A DNA stretch of 39,782 nt from an uncultured Coriobacteriaceae bacterium (GTDB lineage: Bacteria; Actinomycetota; Coriobacteriia; Anaerosomatales; SLCP01), in the NCBI GenBank assembly GCA_964350345.1, contig CAYGKH010000003.1:1-39782 (forward strand), read 5' to 3'. Positions within the stretch are counted from its first letter, which is position 1. Each line of letters opens with the position of its first letter. The translations under genes and the position numbers were made by a program. The notes under the pieces are model-generated. The model was not told the origin of the DNA, did no database searches, and saw only the letters and a program-made list of their open reading frames with translations. Positions 8,834-18,426 of this stretch are shown piece after piece.

Positions 8834-9658
8834 CTACAGCAGGTCGGAACCGTCTTCCGGTACCGGCACAGCGGCGTCCGACTCGGCCAGCACCCGGCGG
8901 GCCCGCTCCGCGAGCGAAGACGGAACCTTCAGCCGGAACAGCGAACTCAAGCCATACGGGTTGCTCGCCATCTCGGGCGCGTAGGGGTCCCATGCGAACG
9001 GGATGCCCTCGGCCTCCAAGACGGTGCGCTTGAAGATGAGTTCCGCCTGCGGTGCGCCCGGAGACTCCATCTCCTCTGCCACGGTGACCCACTCCTCGTC
9101 CTCGCCGAAGTCCGCGACGGCGGCAGAGTCGCCCCCATCCACGACGCGGGTCACGTCCTCGAATCCCGGCAGCACGCCAAGCACGCCCGTGATGCGCCCG
9201 ACCCCCAGCTCCTCGCTACTCACGAGCGTACCGTCCGGGAGCGCCGCAAACGGGTCGGCCTCGAGCAATGGCGCCACCACGAACTCACGCTCGGCGAAAC
9301 GGGGATGCGGGACCTGGAGCGCGTCGCTCTCCCACTCCTCGTCGCCGAAGAGCACGATATCGATGTCGACGGTCCTCGGCGCACTGCGCTCAGCAGGCGT
9401 CCGGCCGAGATCCCGCTCGATCTCCTGGAGCCTGCCGAGAAGGATGTCGGCCTCCAGCCCGGTGTCGATCACTGCGACCGCATTTGCATACGCCGGCTGA
9501 TCCGGACTCGGCCACGACTCGCTCTCGTACACGCGGGAGACGGCGATCACGGCAGTCGACGGCAGATCATCGACAGCCTTGAGCGCGGCAGCCAGCGTCG
9601 CGAGCCGATCTCCGACGTTACCCCCGAGTCCCAGGTACGCACGCACCACGCCCGTCAC
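8834..9658 (-). CDS. folK: 2-amino-4-hydroxy-6-hydroxymethyldihydropteridine diphosphokinase (HPPK) with a roughly 105-aa C-terminal extension
   Basis: HPPK core in aa 1-165: YLGLGGNVGD, RTVDIDIVLF, VPHPRFAEREFVVAPL. The extra C-terminal region (aa 170-274) has a DUF2007-like pattern. The GTG start overlaps the folP stop (GTGA). Confidence 0.85.
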   Translation of the reverse strand: MTGVVRAYLGLGGNVGDRLATLAAALKAVDDLPSTAVIAVSRVYESESWPSPDQPAYANAVAVIDTGLEADILLGRLQEIERDLGRTPAERSAPRTVDIDIVLFGDEEWESDALQVPHPRFAEREFVVAPLLEADPFAALPDGTLVSSEELGVGRITGVLGVLPGFEDVTRVVDGGDSAAVADFGEDEEWVTVAEEMESPGAPQAELIFKRTVLEAEGIPFAWDPYAPEMASNPYGLSSLFRLKVPSSLAERARRVLAESDAAVPVPEDGSDLL

Positions 9659-10494
9659 CTCCCAATGGTCGCCGCGACCTCGAGTGCCTGAGCTGTCTCG
9701 GCCACATCGTGGACCCTGAGCACGTCAGCACCGCGCAGATAGGCGGTGACTGCCGCGCCCACGCTGCCGGCGACACGGCTCGCTGGATCCTCTTCACCGA
9801 GTATGTGCCCTATGAAACGCTTTCGTGACACCCCCATGAGGACCGGGTAGCCGAGTGCGGCTATCTCGAGCAGCCTGCGGAACAGCTCGATGTTGTGCGC
9901 GAACGTCTTGCCGAAGCCCATACCGGGATCCAGCGCGATCCGCTCGCGCGCGACACCGGCGTCCTGTAATCGACGTGCCTGTTCGCCGAGGAACTCGGAG
10001 ACCTCAGCGACCACGTCGTCGTAGCGAGGCTCGAGCTGCATCGTCTGGGGATCATCGCCGAGCATATGCATGACCACGAGGCCGGCGTCGCATCCAGCGG
10101 CCACCCGGATCATCTCCGGGTCACGGAATCCAGTGACGTCGTTGATCACCGCTGCCCCGGCATCGACACACACACGAGCGACCTCGGCGTGACGCGTGTC
10201 GACCGACACGGGCACCAATCCTTCCGTGGCGAGCCTGGTCACGACGGGTGTCACGCGAGCGAGTTCCTCGGCGGCCTGCACCGGACGAGCCCCGGGCCGC
10301 GTCGACTCGCCACCCACGTCGATCATCCCCGCACCCGCTGCCATCATCGTCCGCGCATGTGCGAGCGCCTCGAGTGGCTCGGCGTGCAAGCCCCCGTCCG
10401 AGAAGGAATCGGGCGTGACGTTGAGGATGCCCATAACGAGCGGACGGTCGAGAGGGATGCGATACCGGCCGCACTGCCACTGATGCGATTTCAT
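9655..10494 (-). CDS. folP: Dihydropteroate synthase
   Basis: GILNVTPDSFSDGG, IDVGGESTRPG, SVDT, INDV, DPGMGFGKT and SRKRF motifs. Confidence 0.93.
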   Translation of the reverse strand: MKSHQWQCGRYRIPLDRPLVMGILNVTPDSFSDGGLHAEPLEALAHARTMMAAGAGMIDVGGESTRPGARPVQAAEELARVTPVVTRLATEGLVPVSVDTRHAEVARVCVDAGAAVINDVTGFRDPEMIRVAAGCDAGLVVMHMLGDDPQTMQLEPRYDDVVAEVSEFLGEQARRLQDAGVARERIALDPGMGFGKTFAHNIELFRRLLEIAALGYPVLMGVSRKRFIGHILGEEDPASRVAGSVGAAVTAYLRGADVLRVHDVAETAQALEVAATIGR

Positions 10495-10567
10495 CTGCCC
10501 AGCGTAGGGCCTTCGGTCGCGGGTTTCAATGCCGCAGCGTGACCCGATTCTCCGTCACGGATATACG

Positions 10568-11131
10568 CTAGCGCCCCTTGATGAGAGCCATCGCTTCTGA
10601 CCGGGTCGCCATGTTCCGCTCAAAGATTCCACGCACCGCCGAGGTGGTGGTGATCGCGCCGGGCTTCTGCACACCCCGCATCGACATGCAGAGGTGCTCG
10701 GCCTCGATCACCACCATCACTCCTGTCGGAGTCAGATGCTCGACGATGGTATCCGCGATCTGGGCCGTCATCCGTTCCTGCACCTGCGGCCTTCGCGCGA
10801 AGACGTCGACGACGCGAGCGAGTTTCGAAAGCCCGCAGATCCGCCCCGACTTGCCCGGGATGTAGGCGACGTGCGCCCGCCCCATGAACGGCACGAGGTG
10901 ATGTTCGCACATCGAATAGAGCGGGATGTCACGCACGAGCACCATCTCCTGGTGGCCCTCGTTGAACGTCACGCAGAAGTGCTCCGCCGCGTCCTGCTCA
11001 AGTCCGGCGAATATCTCGCCGTACATGTCGGCAACCCGCTCAGGAGTGCCGACGAGCCCCTCGCGGTCGAGGTCCTCCCCGACACCTTCGAGGATGAGGC
11101 GCACGCCTTCTATGATCTTGTCGCGGTCCAT
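10568..11131 (-). CDS. folE: GTP cyclohydrolase I
   Basis: From the internal [20 protein letters not shown]... start (ATG 11131, in frame): [27 protein letters not shown] motifs. The upstream 50 codons of the track ORF are not FolE-like. Confidence 0.93.
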   Translation of the reverse strand: MDRDKIIEGVRLILEGVGEDLDREGLVGTPERVADMYGEIFAGLEQDAAEHFCVTFNEGHQEMVLVRDIPLYSMCEHHLVPFMGRAHVAYIPGKSGRICGLSKLARVVDVFARRPQVQERMTAQIADTIVEHLTPTGVMVVIEAEHLCMSMRGVQKPGAITTTSAVRGIFERNMATRSEAMALIKGR

Positions 11132-11216
11132 GGGTGCCTTTCGGGCCAGGGCGTCTCGGCTGGATATGCGTGATCGTGCTGCATAGTATGCCGCAACCGG
11201 CTCACACGAGCAGGCC

Positions 11217-12155
11217 CTACCCCCCGCCAAGCATCCCGAAAGCTCGGGCGACACTGACGATCGCCGGTCCGGCAACCACAATCAGCGTAGCTGGCAGGAT
11301 GCAGAGGATCAGCGGGAACACGATCTTGACCGGTGCCTTCTGCGCCATCTCCTCGGCGAACTGACGGCGCTTCACGCGCATGTCGCGCGACTGTGTGCGC
11401 AGCACATTACTCACACTCACGCCAAAGACGTCGGCCTGGATCATCGACATGATGAAACTTCTAAGCTCCGACACGTCAGTTCGCTCGCCCAGATTACGCA
11501 TTGCCTCACGGCGCGAGATGCCCGCCTGAATCTCCTGCAGCATCCGGCCGAACTCCTCGGAGAGCGCGCCGGGCCGACTCGAGGTGATCTTTGCGACTGC
11601 CGCGTCAAACCCCATGCCTGCCTCGACGCTGATGGTCAGCATGTCCAACATGTCCGGCAGCGTACGCCGGATGTCAGTCTGCCGCGAGGTTACCTGGCTG
11701 CGCAGCCACAGATCAGGCAGATAAAACCCCAGCAGCCCAGTGATAATGCCGCCCAGTATCGCCCGGCCGAGTTGCGCAGATCCAAGCCCACCCACGAGCA
11801 CCACGAGCGCAACGCCCGCGATGGCCAGTCCGGCCTTCAAGGCGAAAAGCCGGTCGACGTCCATGCCCAGCGGGTTCCCGGCCATCACGAGACGTTTCCG
11901 TGTGCGTTCCGCGTAGTCCGCCGGGCCGAAGACCCTGGCGATGGCCGAAAGCGAATGCGCTGCGGGACGCAGAACGCGCTCGGTGAAGGGCATCAGCAGC
12001 GGTTCAACCTCCTCAGCCTGATCGCTTTCGTACACAGTCAGGCTTGCGAGCTGCCGCTTCACCTGCCGCTCACTCGAGAAGAACAGACTCAGCGCCGAGT
12101 ATCCGATAGCTGCGGCACAGGCGCCCGCAAGAACAACGATCACCCACCCGAGCAT
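11217..12155 (-). CDS. tadC: Tad pilus platform protein TadC (T2SS-F family)
   Basis: From the internal [11 protein letters not shown]... start (ATG 12155, ATGA overlap with the upstream stop, in frame). T2SSF-type domain [25 protein letters not shown]...[11 protein letters not shown]...[12 protein letters not shown] with flanking TM helices. Confidence 0.8.
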   Translation of the reverse strand: MLGWVIVVLAGACAAAIGYSALSLFFSSERQVKRQLASLTVYESDQAEEVEPLLMPFTERVLRPAAHSLSAIARVFGPADYAERTRKRLVMAGNPLGMDVDRLFALKAGLAIAGVALVVLVGGLGSAQLGRAILGGIITGLLGFYLPDLWLRSQVTSRQTDIRRTLPDMLDMLTISVEAGMGFDAAVAKITSSRPGALSEEFGRMLQEIQAGISRREAMRNLGERTDVSELRSFIMSMIQADVFGVSVSNVLRTQSRDMRVKRRQFAEEMAQKAPVKIVFPLILCILPATLIVVAGPAIVSVARAFGMLGGG

Positions 12156-14074
12156 CAGATCTCCACCTCCGAAGCGCGTCTCAGCCAGACTCCGCCGACC
12201 ATAAGCAGGACGCCCCCGATAGCAAGTAGCACCATACCGGTGGCAGTCGAGAACATCAGGCTCATGTAACCCGGGTTGACGAGGAGCAACAAGCCCATCA
12301 TGAAGAAGGGCAAGACGAATAGGATGATCGCCGAGAGTCTGCCCTCCGAGGTGAGCGCCCGTATGTGACGCCGGAGCTCCGAGCGATCGCGCATCGTGGA
12401 CGCCACGAGATCGAGTACCTCGGCGAGGTTGCCACCGACCTCGCGCTGAATGGATATCGCGGTGACTGTCCACCGGAAGTCGTCACTGTCGAGGCGGTCG
12501 GCCATCTTCTCGAGGGCTTCCTCGGGTGAGAGGCCAAGCCGAGACTCCGCCTGCACTCGCCTGAACTCGCTGCGCGCGGGATCTGCGAGTTCCTGCACGA
12601 TGAGGTCGATCGACTGCTGGATACCCCAGCCCGCACGGAGCGAACTCGCCATCATCGAGAGGATCTCCGGAAGTTGATCCTCGAACGCGACGCGGCGCCG
12701 CGTGATCGCCGCCTCGAGGAACAGGATCGGGAGTGCAGCAGTGATCGCCACTACGAGCAAGGACAAGAACAGGTTCCGACCCAGAACCTGGGTGACGACA
12801 CCTGCCCCCACGACACCGACCAGATGGAGATACATATACTCGACCGGCCTCAGCGGCAACCCTGCCCGCTCGAGTTTCTGGTGGACGAGCGGGGTGAGTC
12901 CCCGACGACCCGCCACTACTGCCACCGCCTCGCGGATGACGCCGGTGATTCCTGCCGCGCGAGTCGTCGTATTGTCCTCGACGCTGTGCAACTGATCGTA
13001 GAAGTGCAGCTCGTCCAGGCGTGTCGACCGGGTCGCGAACATGCTGAGCAGAGCCCATGTGGCAAGGGTCGCCGATAGCGAAACAAGGGCTACGACAAGG
13101 AGGGCGAGGCCGATCGAGACAGCGGGCGAGGCCGGAGTCGTTCCCATCCCCTCCGCCCCTTCGGAGAGCTCGAAGTATGGGTTGTCGATGACGAAGTCCG
13201 CACGTCCGCTTTGTCCGTCGACTGCGGCCACGACTTGCAGCTCGAGGTCTTTCGTGTTCGGTCCAACACTCTCGAAGGTGACCCGGTACTGCGTCGTGAG
13301 TTCGCGCGCGATGTCCTCGTAGAGGCGCTGGAGGTCCCCGGAGTCCGCCACCCCCACCATCCTGCCACGGGAACGCGCCGCCATCGTCGCCAACACGCCC
13401 ATGTCAGTCTCAGGCGTCTCAAGCCCGATCGCATAGATGGGCGCGGTGCTCGCCCCTAGGCGCGCAACCGCCTCATCGAGACCATTGATGCTCGACGTAT
13501 CGCCTCCGTCGCTCAGTAGCACGAGCACCCGGTCCCTGCCTTCGCGCGCCGCGAGCAGATCCGCGCCGCGCACGACCCCGTCGTAGAGCGCGGTGTTGCC
13601 CTGAGCGTCCAGAGCACCGATCGCCGACTTGAGTGAATCGCGATCGGTCGTGAAATCGGAAACGAGCGTCACCTCGGTCGCGAAAGACAACAAGGCGATC
13701 TCATCACCGGAGCCCATTGCCGCCACGAAAGCAGCAGCAGCATCCTTCGCGTCCACCATCGGCTGCCCACGCATGCTGCCACTTGTGTCGATGAGGAGCA
13801 CGACATCGAGAGGAGCCCGTACCGCCGCAAGCGGCTCGACCGACAGCGGATCGATCTCGACGCCGTTCTCAAGCACCGAGAATACCGGTTCCGCCTCGCC
13901 TCCGGTCAACAGCTCGACAGGGAGTGTCACCGTCAGAGCGATCCGCGGGTAGTCCGAGGCGTCGGTGCTCTGTGCAACGAGTACCGCCTCGGTCCCGCCT
14001 TCAGCAGCGACGAGCGGAACTGCGGCAAGCAAGAGAGCTAGGGCCGCTACCAGGACTATGCGTGCCATCCGCAT
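12155..14074 (-). CDS. tadB: Fusion protein: signal peptide, extracytoplasmic VWA (MIDAS) domain, TM helix and TadB-like T2SS-F platform domain
   Basis: Start MRMARIVLVAALALLLAAVPLVAAEGG (ATG 14074, in frame, 4 nt after the tadA stop). VWA motifs LLIDTSGSM (DxSxS) and LLSDGGDT. TM helix IGLALLVVALVSLSATLATWALL. C-terminal T2SSF domain LPEILSMMASSLRAGWGIQQSI...TVTAISIQREVGGNLAEVL plus terminal TM helices. Confidence 0.8.
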   Translation of the reverse strand: MRMARIVLVAALALLLAAVPLVAAEGGTEAVLVAQSTDASDYPRIALTVTLPVELLTGGEAEPVFSVLENGVEIDPLSVEPLAAVRAPLDVVLLIDTSGSMRGQPMVDAKDAAAAFVAAMGSGDEIALLSFATEVTLVSDFTTDRDSLKSAIGALDAQGNTALYDGVVRGADLLAAREGRDRVLVLLSDGGDTSSINGLDEAVARLGASTAPIYAIGLETPETDMGVLATMAARSRGRMVGVADSGDLQRLYEDIARELTTQYRVTFESVGPNTKDLELQVVAAVDGQSGRADFVIDNPYFELSEGAEGMGTTPASPAVSIGLALLVVALVSLSATLATWALLSMFATRSTRLDELHFYDQLHSVEDNTTTRAAGITGVIREAVAVVAGRRGLTPLVHQKLERAGLPLRPVEYMYLHLVGVVGAGVVTQVLGRNLFLSLLVVAITAALPILFLEAAITRRRVAFEDQLPEILSMMASSLRAGWGIQQSIDLIVQELADPARSEFRRVQAESRLGLSPEEALEKMADRLDSDDFRWTVTAISIQREVGGNLAEVLDLVASTMRDRSELRRHIRALTSEGRLSAIILFVLPFFMMGLLLLVNPGYMSLMFSTATGMVLLAIGGVLLMVGGVWLRRASEVEI

Positions 14075-14078
14075 CGGT

Positions 14079-15446
14079 TCACCGCCTTGCCGGTGGCTCG
14101 TACTCGAACAGGTCGCCGGGCGTGTGGATTCCGAGATCATCGAGACGCTGGGTGAAGCTCGGACGCAGGCCGGTCGCCTTCAGTGTCCCGGCGAACCTGC
14201 CGTCCTCATCCACGCCCATCGCGTAGTCGAAGTAGAAGGCGTCCTGCATGATGATCGTGTCGCCTTCCATGCCCCCGACCTCGGCGATCTGGACCACCTT
14301 GCGCGAACCGTCCCTGAGCCGCACGAGGTGGACGATCAGGTCGATGGCCGAGGAGACCTGCTCGCGAATGGCGCGGACCGGCAGGTCGAGGCCAGCCATC
14401 AGCACCATCGTCTCGAGCCGGGCAAGTGCGTCGCGTGGCGAGTTGGCGTGTACGGTCGAAAGCGACCCCTCGTGACCGGTGTTCATCGCCTGCAGCATGT
14501 CGAGCGCCTCGGCCCCGCGGACCTCCCCGACGACGATGCGGTCGGGCCGCATGCGCAGCGAGTTTCTGACGAGGTCGCGGATCGCCACCTGGCCCTTGCC
14601 CTCGATGTTGGGCGGCCGCGCCTCAAGGCGCAACACGTGCTCCTGACCGAGACGGAGCTCGGCCGCATCCTCGATGGTGATGATGCGCTCATCACCCGGC
14701 ACGAACGAAGAGACAACGTTGAGCAGCGTCGTCTTCCCTGTCCCTGTGCCGCCCGAGATCAGTATGTTCATCCGCCCGCGAACGCACGCCTCGAGGAACG
14801 TCGAGACGTTAGGCGTGATGGTCCCGAAGTTGATGAGATCGTCCACCGTGAATGGGTCCTCGGAGAACTTGCGCACAGTGAGCATGGGGCCGTTGACGGC
14901 AAGCGGATGGATCACCGCATTGACACGTGAGCCATCGGGCAGACGCGCGTCGACCATCGGCGACGCTTCGTCGATCCGCCGACCCACCTGGCCGACGATC
15001 TTGTCGATGATCCGCAGCAGATGCGCCTCATCGATGAACCGACGGTCCGTGAGTGATATCTTGCCTCGCCGCTCAACGTAGATGGTCTCCGAATTGTTGA
15101 CCATCACCTCGGTGATCTCCGGATCCTCGAGCAATCCTTGGATCGGGCCGTAGCCGAGCACGTTGTCGATGACATCGAGGGTGATCTCCTTGCGGTCGGT
15201 CGAGGAGAGCGGGGTCGTCTCCCGATCGAGCAGCTCTGTGAGCTTGTGCTCGATCCTCGCCCGCAGGGCAGCATCGTCGGAGTCCGAGTCCCCGAGCTCT
15301 GTGCCCATCTCTTCGATCAGCAGCCGATGCAGATGGCGCTTCACGGCGTCCTTCGTGCTGTACGCGGTGATCCTCGTGGAGGCGATATCCTCGGCGGCAA
15401 ATCCGCCGGTGCCCGACGAACCAGGCCCCTCCCTGAACGACATCAT
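14079..15446 (-). CDS. tadA: Tad pilus secretion ATPase TadA/CpaF
   Basis: Walker [15 protein letters not shown], Asp box [12 protein letters not shown], Walker B/His box [14 protein letters not shown]...[14 protein letters not shown]. Confidence 0.93.
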   Translation of the reverse strand: MMSFREGPGSSGTGGFAAEDIASTRITAYSTKDAVKRHLHRLLIEEMGTELGDSDSDDAALRARIEHKLTELLDRETTPLSSTDRKEITLDVIDNVLGYGPIQGLLEDPEITEVMVNNSETIYVERRGKISLTDRRFIDEAHLLRIIDKIVGQVGRRIDEASPMVDARLPDGSRVNAVIHPLAVNGPMLTVRKFSEDPFTVDDLINFGTITPNVSTFLEACVRGRMNILISGGTGTGKTTLLNVVSSFVPGDERIITIEDAAELRLGQEHVLRLEARPPNIEGKGQVAIRDLVRNSLRMRPDRIVVGEVRGAEALDMLQAMNTGHEGSLSTVHANSPRDALARLETMVLMAGLDLPVRAIREQVSSAIDLIVHLVRLRDGSRKVVQIAEVGGMEGDTIIMQDAFYFDYAMGVDEDGRFAGTLKATGLRPSFTQRLDDLGIHTPGDLFEYEPPARR

Positions 15447-16603
15447 GCGTCCGCCTCCTTCGCCGGGACGATCCGCTGTGCCAGGCCGACCAAGCTTCGG
15501 GCAACCGCAGACTTAGGAGAGTCCGCGACAACCGGCGTGCCCTTGTTCACCGAGCGCGGCACTAGACGGTCGCTCGGGATCTTCGCCACGATCTTGCCTT
15601 CGACCGCGCGCTCGACCTCGGAAAGCTCCAGCCATACCTTGCTGTCCGCCCGATTAAGCACCAATTGGACAAGGCTATCGTCGTACCCGAGTCGACGCAG
15701 TTTCTGCAGCGATATCCGCGTGTTCTTGATGCTTGCGACATCCATCGTGGCGACCGCGAAGACCTCGTCACTCTTGTCGATCGCGGTGAGCACCATGTCG
15801 TCGAAGGCCGCCGGGGTATCGATCACGACCACGTCGGCGATCTCGCGCAACAGCGCAATGATGCGGGAGAGCCGCGTCGTGGTCACAAGGGCCGCATCCT
15901 CAGGGCGTACCGGAGCGAGCAGGACATCAAGTCCGGACTTGTGATGTGTAAGAAAACCGCGGAGCATCGAAGCATCGAGCCGGTCGAACGCCTGCACCGC
16001 ATCGAAGATGGTGCGCTCGGGCTTGAGTTGCAGCATTATCCCCGTGTCGCCGAAGTGAAGATCAAGGTCGAGCAGCACCGTCCTCACGCCGAGTTGACCT
16101 GCAAGGGCGACGCCGATATTACTCGCGATGACGGTCTTGCCGACGCCTCCTTTGGTGCTGAAGACCGTCACGACCTTGCCACGGCCGTTGCCAGGCCCGG
16201 CAGCGGTCACCGACTCCCCTGACGCCGAGCGCCGACGTAGTGCGTCCTCGCCCGCGTCGAGCACGGCTGAAGCCACCTCTCCGAACGTGCCCTCGGCACC
16301 GACCACATCCTTGAAGCCAGCCCGCATCGCCTGGCGCATCAGCTCGGTAGTGATCTTCGGTACGACCAGAACTGCGGCGACCGCCGGCACACGGACCGAT
16401 AACGTTCCCACCGCTTCGAGCGAGCCCTCGAGCGGGATCGACGGGCCGAAGACCACCACATGCGCATCGCTCTCCGCGATCTGCTCCATCAGCCGCCCGA
16501 GTGCGGGCACGACCAGAACCTCCTGTCCCGGCTCGCGGCAGAGCAACTTCTCGAGCTTGGTCGCGAACTCCGGATCTCTGTCTACGACGATGATCGCTCC
16601 CAC
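15443..16603 (-). CDS. tadZ: TadZ/CpaE: atypical receiver domain fused to a ParA/MinD-like ATPase
   Basis: The N-terminal receiver-like fold has no phospho-acceptor Asp (HVVVFGPSIP where hhhhD is expected). Deviant Walker A VFSTKGGVGKTVIASN. 4-nt overlap with tadA. Confidence 0.85.
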   Translation of the reverse strand: MGAIIVVDRDPEFATKLEKLLCREPGQEVLVVPALGRLMEQIAESDAHVVVFGPSIPLEGSLEAVGTLSVRVPAVAAVLVVPKITTELMRQAMRAGFKDVVGAEGTFGEVASAVLDAGEDALRRRSASGESVTAAGPGNGRGKVVTVFSTKGGVGKTVIASNIGVALAGQLGVRTVLLDLDLHFGDTGIMLQLKPERTIFDAVQAFDRLDASMLRGFLTHHKSGLDVLLAPVRPEDAALVTTTRLSRIIALLREIADVVVIDTPAAFDDMVLTAIDKSDEVFAVATMDVASIKNTRISLQKLRRLGYDDSLVQLVLNRADSKVWLELSEVERAVEGKIVAKIPSDRLVPRSVNKGTPVVADSPKSAVARSLVGLAQRIVPAKEADA

Positions 16604-16612
16604 GCCGGCCCC

Positions 16613-17377
16613 CTACTGCCCGAGAACGGACTCGAGGGTCTGGCCCGGCGTCACTGGTGCCTCGGTCTCCGTCGACCCAAGCAGGGCAAGCCAGACGGTG
16701 CCCTTCTCCTCGGCGAACACGAGACGTTCGACGTCGGCTGGCGACAGCGCGAGGGTGATGGTGTTGGCCGTCGGCTGCTCCTGCTCCTGGGCTGATTGAC
16801 CGCCGAGGCCGCCACCGCCGTTCGTCGCAGCCGCCGCCGGCTCAGCGCCCACCGAAGTGCCGACCGCCAGAACGCGCGCCTTGCGGATAAAGATCTGGCT
16901 GAGCGGCTGACCGTCCGGGCCGGGATCGAACGTCACGACGGCCATCACGTGGTCGCCGGGCTTCACCAAACCCGCGACCCCTTTGACTGCGTTGTTAGAA
17001 ATGGCAACCGCGACGTAGTCGGCCGGGATACTGTATGCAAGCCCGGCCTGACTCGGGAACTTGAACCGTGCCTGGGTAATCTGCTCACCCGCCGAGACCC
17101 CCTCGGCGAGCACCTGGCCCTCGATGCTGGCCGCTGAGGAGACGGCCCCTTCGGCCACGTACCGCCGCGGGATGCTCTCCCGAACAATCAGACCCTCCTC
17201 GATGAGCTCGTCAGCAGAAGCCCCCCGTGCAAGAGTGTCCTGGGCGACGAGGACCTCGATCGGCTCGTCCTCCGCCGCCACGCCCCGCTGAAGGCTATCG
17301 ATGTAGCGGCCGGTCAACACAGCCGCCAGCACGCCCAGTGCGACTGCGACTACCAGAATTACGATTCGGGATCGCAT
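16613..17377 (-). CDS. cpaB: Flp pilus assembly protein CpaB/RcpC
   Basis: N-terminal TM anchor RIVILVVAVALGVLAAVLTG, a SAF-like region, then the RcpC-type pattern KPGDHVMAVVTF...ARVLAVG...ITLALSPADVERLVFAEEKGTVWLALL. GGAGGGA sits 8 nt upstream of the ATG. Confidence 0.85.
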   Translation of the reverse strand: MRSRIVILVVAVALGVLAAVLTGRYIDSLQRGVAAEDEPIEVLVAQDTLARGASADELIEEGLIVRESIPRRYVAEGAVSSAASIEGQVLAEGVSAGEQITQARFKFPSQAGLAYSIPADYVAVAISNNAVKGVAGLVKPGDHVMAVVTFDPGPDGQPLSQIFIRKARVLAVGTSVGAEPAAAATNGGGGLGGQSAQEQEQPTANTITLALSPADVERLVFAEEKGTVWLALLGSTETEAPVTPGQTLESVLGQ

Positions 17378-17446
17378 ACAGGTGTCCCTCCGATAGGCTG
17401 CCTATGATGCGGTTCTCAAGCCCATATGGGCTACACCGACCTGGCA

Positions 17447-18397
17447 CTACTCGACGAGGTCCCAGGTCCTGAGCCCGAAGTCCACTGCGGTTGGATCCAC
17501 AAAGCCGTCCGGCCCCGTCACGACGGTCTCTATGAAGCGGATGAACAGCCTTGGATCTTTGCTCTTCACGCCGTCCGGACCCACCTCGTCGGCGGGCACG
17601 AAATCTACGACATTGATTTTGGCGAACCCGACCACCTCCAGCCACCCTGTTCCGGTCACACTGCCGCTTACGATCGGGACGTAGATGTCCTGGCCCTCCA
17701 GCTCGAGCATCGCCGTCTCCGGCGCCTTATTCTTGAACATCGAAATTCCGGTGTTCGAAAAGACATTCGGGTCATCGATGGCAACAGAACGCGGCCACCC
17801 GTCCCTCAAATGGTCATCGAATCTGTTCGGATTCGAGAAGAGCGCCTTGTACGTCCCCAGACCGTCGAAGTCCAGTGCGCCCCAGTTGCCGGATCCAACT
17901 TCGTGCTTCCCGAGGAGTTCCGTGTCGGGGTCGTCAAGCGCAAGTTGGTACTCTTCTTCTCGGAAAGCAATCGGCCTCAACCCTTCCATGGCACCGACAG
18001 GGCCGACAAGAGCGACAGCGCGGGCCTTGACGTCACCGTCCGTGAGGCCAAAGATGCGCGCGAAACCGTACTCCACGTTCGTACCAGTGCTGGCGACGAC
18101 TCTGGATCCATCCACCTCAACAACGGTGAGATCGGGATCCGATCCATTGTCGATCGCGTACTGGCTTCCCAGTCCCGCGACTCCAGCAGCGTTACCCAGG
18201 GCCAACTCCTGCGCCCCGGCAAGGGCTGCTGCATCCGCAGCATTCACCATCTGTCGCCGAGCGAGATGCATCTGACCCACATCGACAACCAGGGCGGTCA
18301 TCCCTACGAGTACGACCATCAACAGTGCGACGATCACCGCCACGGCTCCGCTTTCAGAAGCTAATCGTCCAAATTGGCGCGTTTCGCGATGAATCAT
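17447..18397 (-). CDS. TadG-like (Tad N-terminal domain) pilus-associated protein
   Basis: GAVAVIVALLMVVLVGMTALVVDVGQMHLARRQMVNAADAAALAGAQEL matches the TadE/G-like N-terminal pattern. GNWGALDFDG lies further in, and there is no VWA domain. I prefer ATG 18397 (GGAGG 8 nt upstream) over the track's TTG at 18412. Confidence 0.7.
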   Translation of the reverse strand: MIHRETRQFGRLASESGAVAVIVALLMVVLVGMTALVVDVGQMHLARRQMVNAADAAALAGAQELALGNAAGVAGLGSQYAIDNGSDPDLTVVEVDGSRVVASTGTNVEYGFARIFGLTDGDVKARAVALVGPVGAMEGLRPIAFREEEYQLALDDPDTELLGKHEVGSGNWGALDFDGLGTYKALFSNPNRFDDHLRDGWPRSVAIDDPNVFSNTGISMFKNKAPETAMLELEGQDIYVPIVSGSVTGTGWLEVVGFAKINVVDFVPADEVGPDGVKSKDPRLFIRFIETVVTGPDGFVDPTAVDFGLRTWDLVE

Positions 18398-18426
18398 CGC
18401 ACTCGCCTCCAAATGCCGAACGTAGA

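Noticed and set aside
8751-9092. N-terminal extension of the panB track ORF
   Set aside because: It overlaps folK. PanB homology and a GGAAGGAG RBS define the start at 8750.
12156-12473. N-terminal extension of the tadC track ORF
   Set aside because: It overlaps the C-terminus of the VWA-TadB gene. The TadC signal/TM start [11 protein letters not shown] is coupled by ATGA to the upstream stop.
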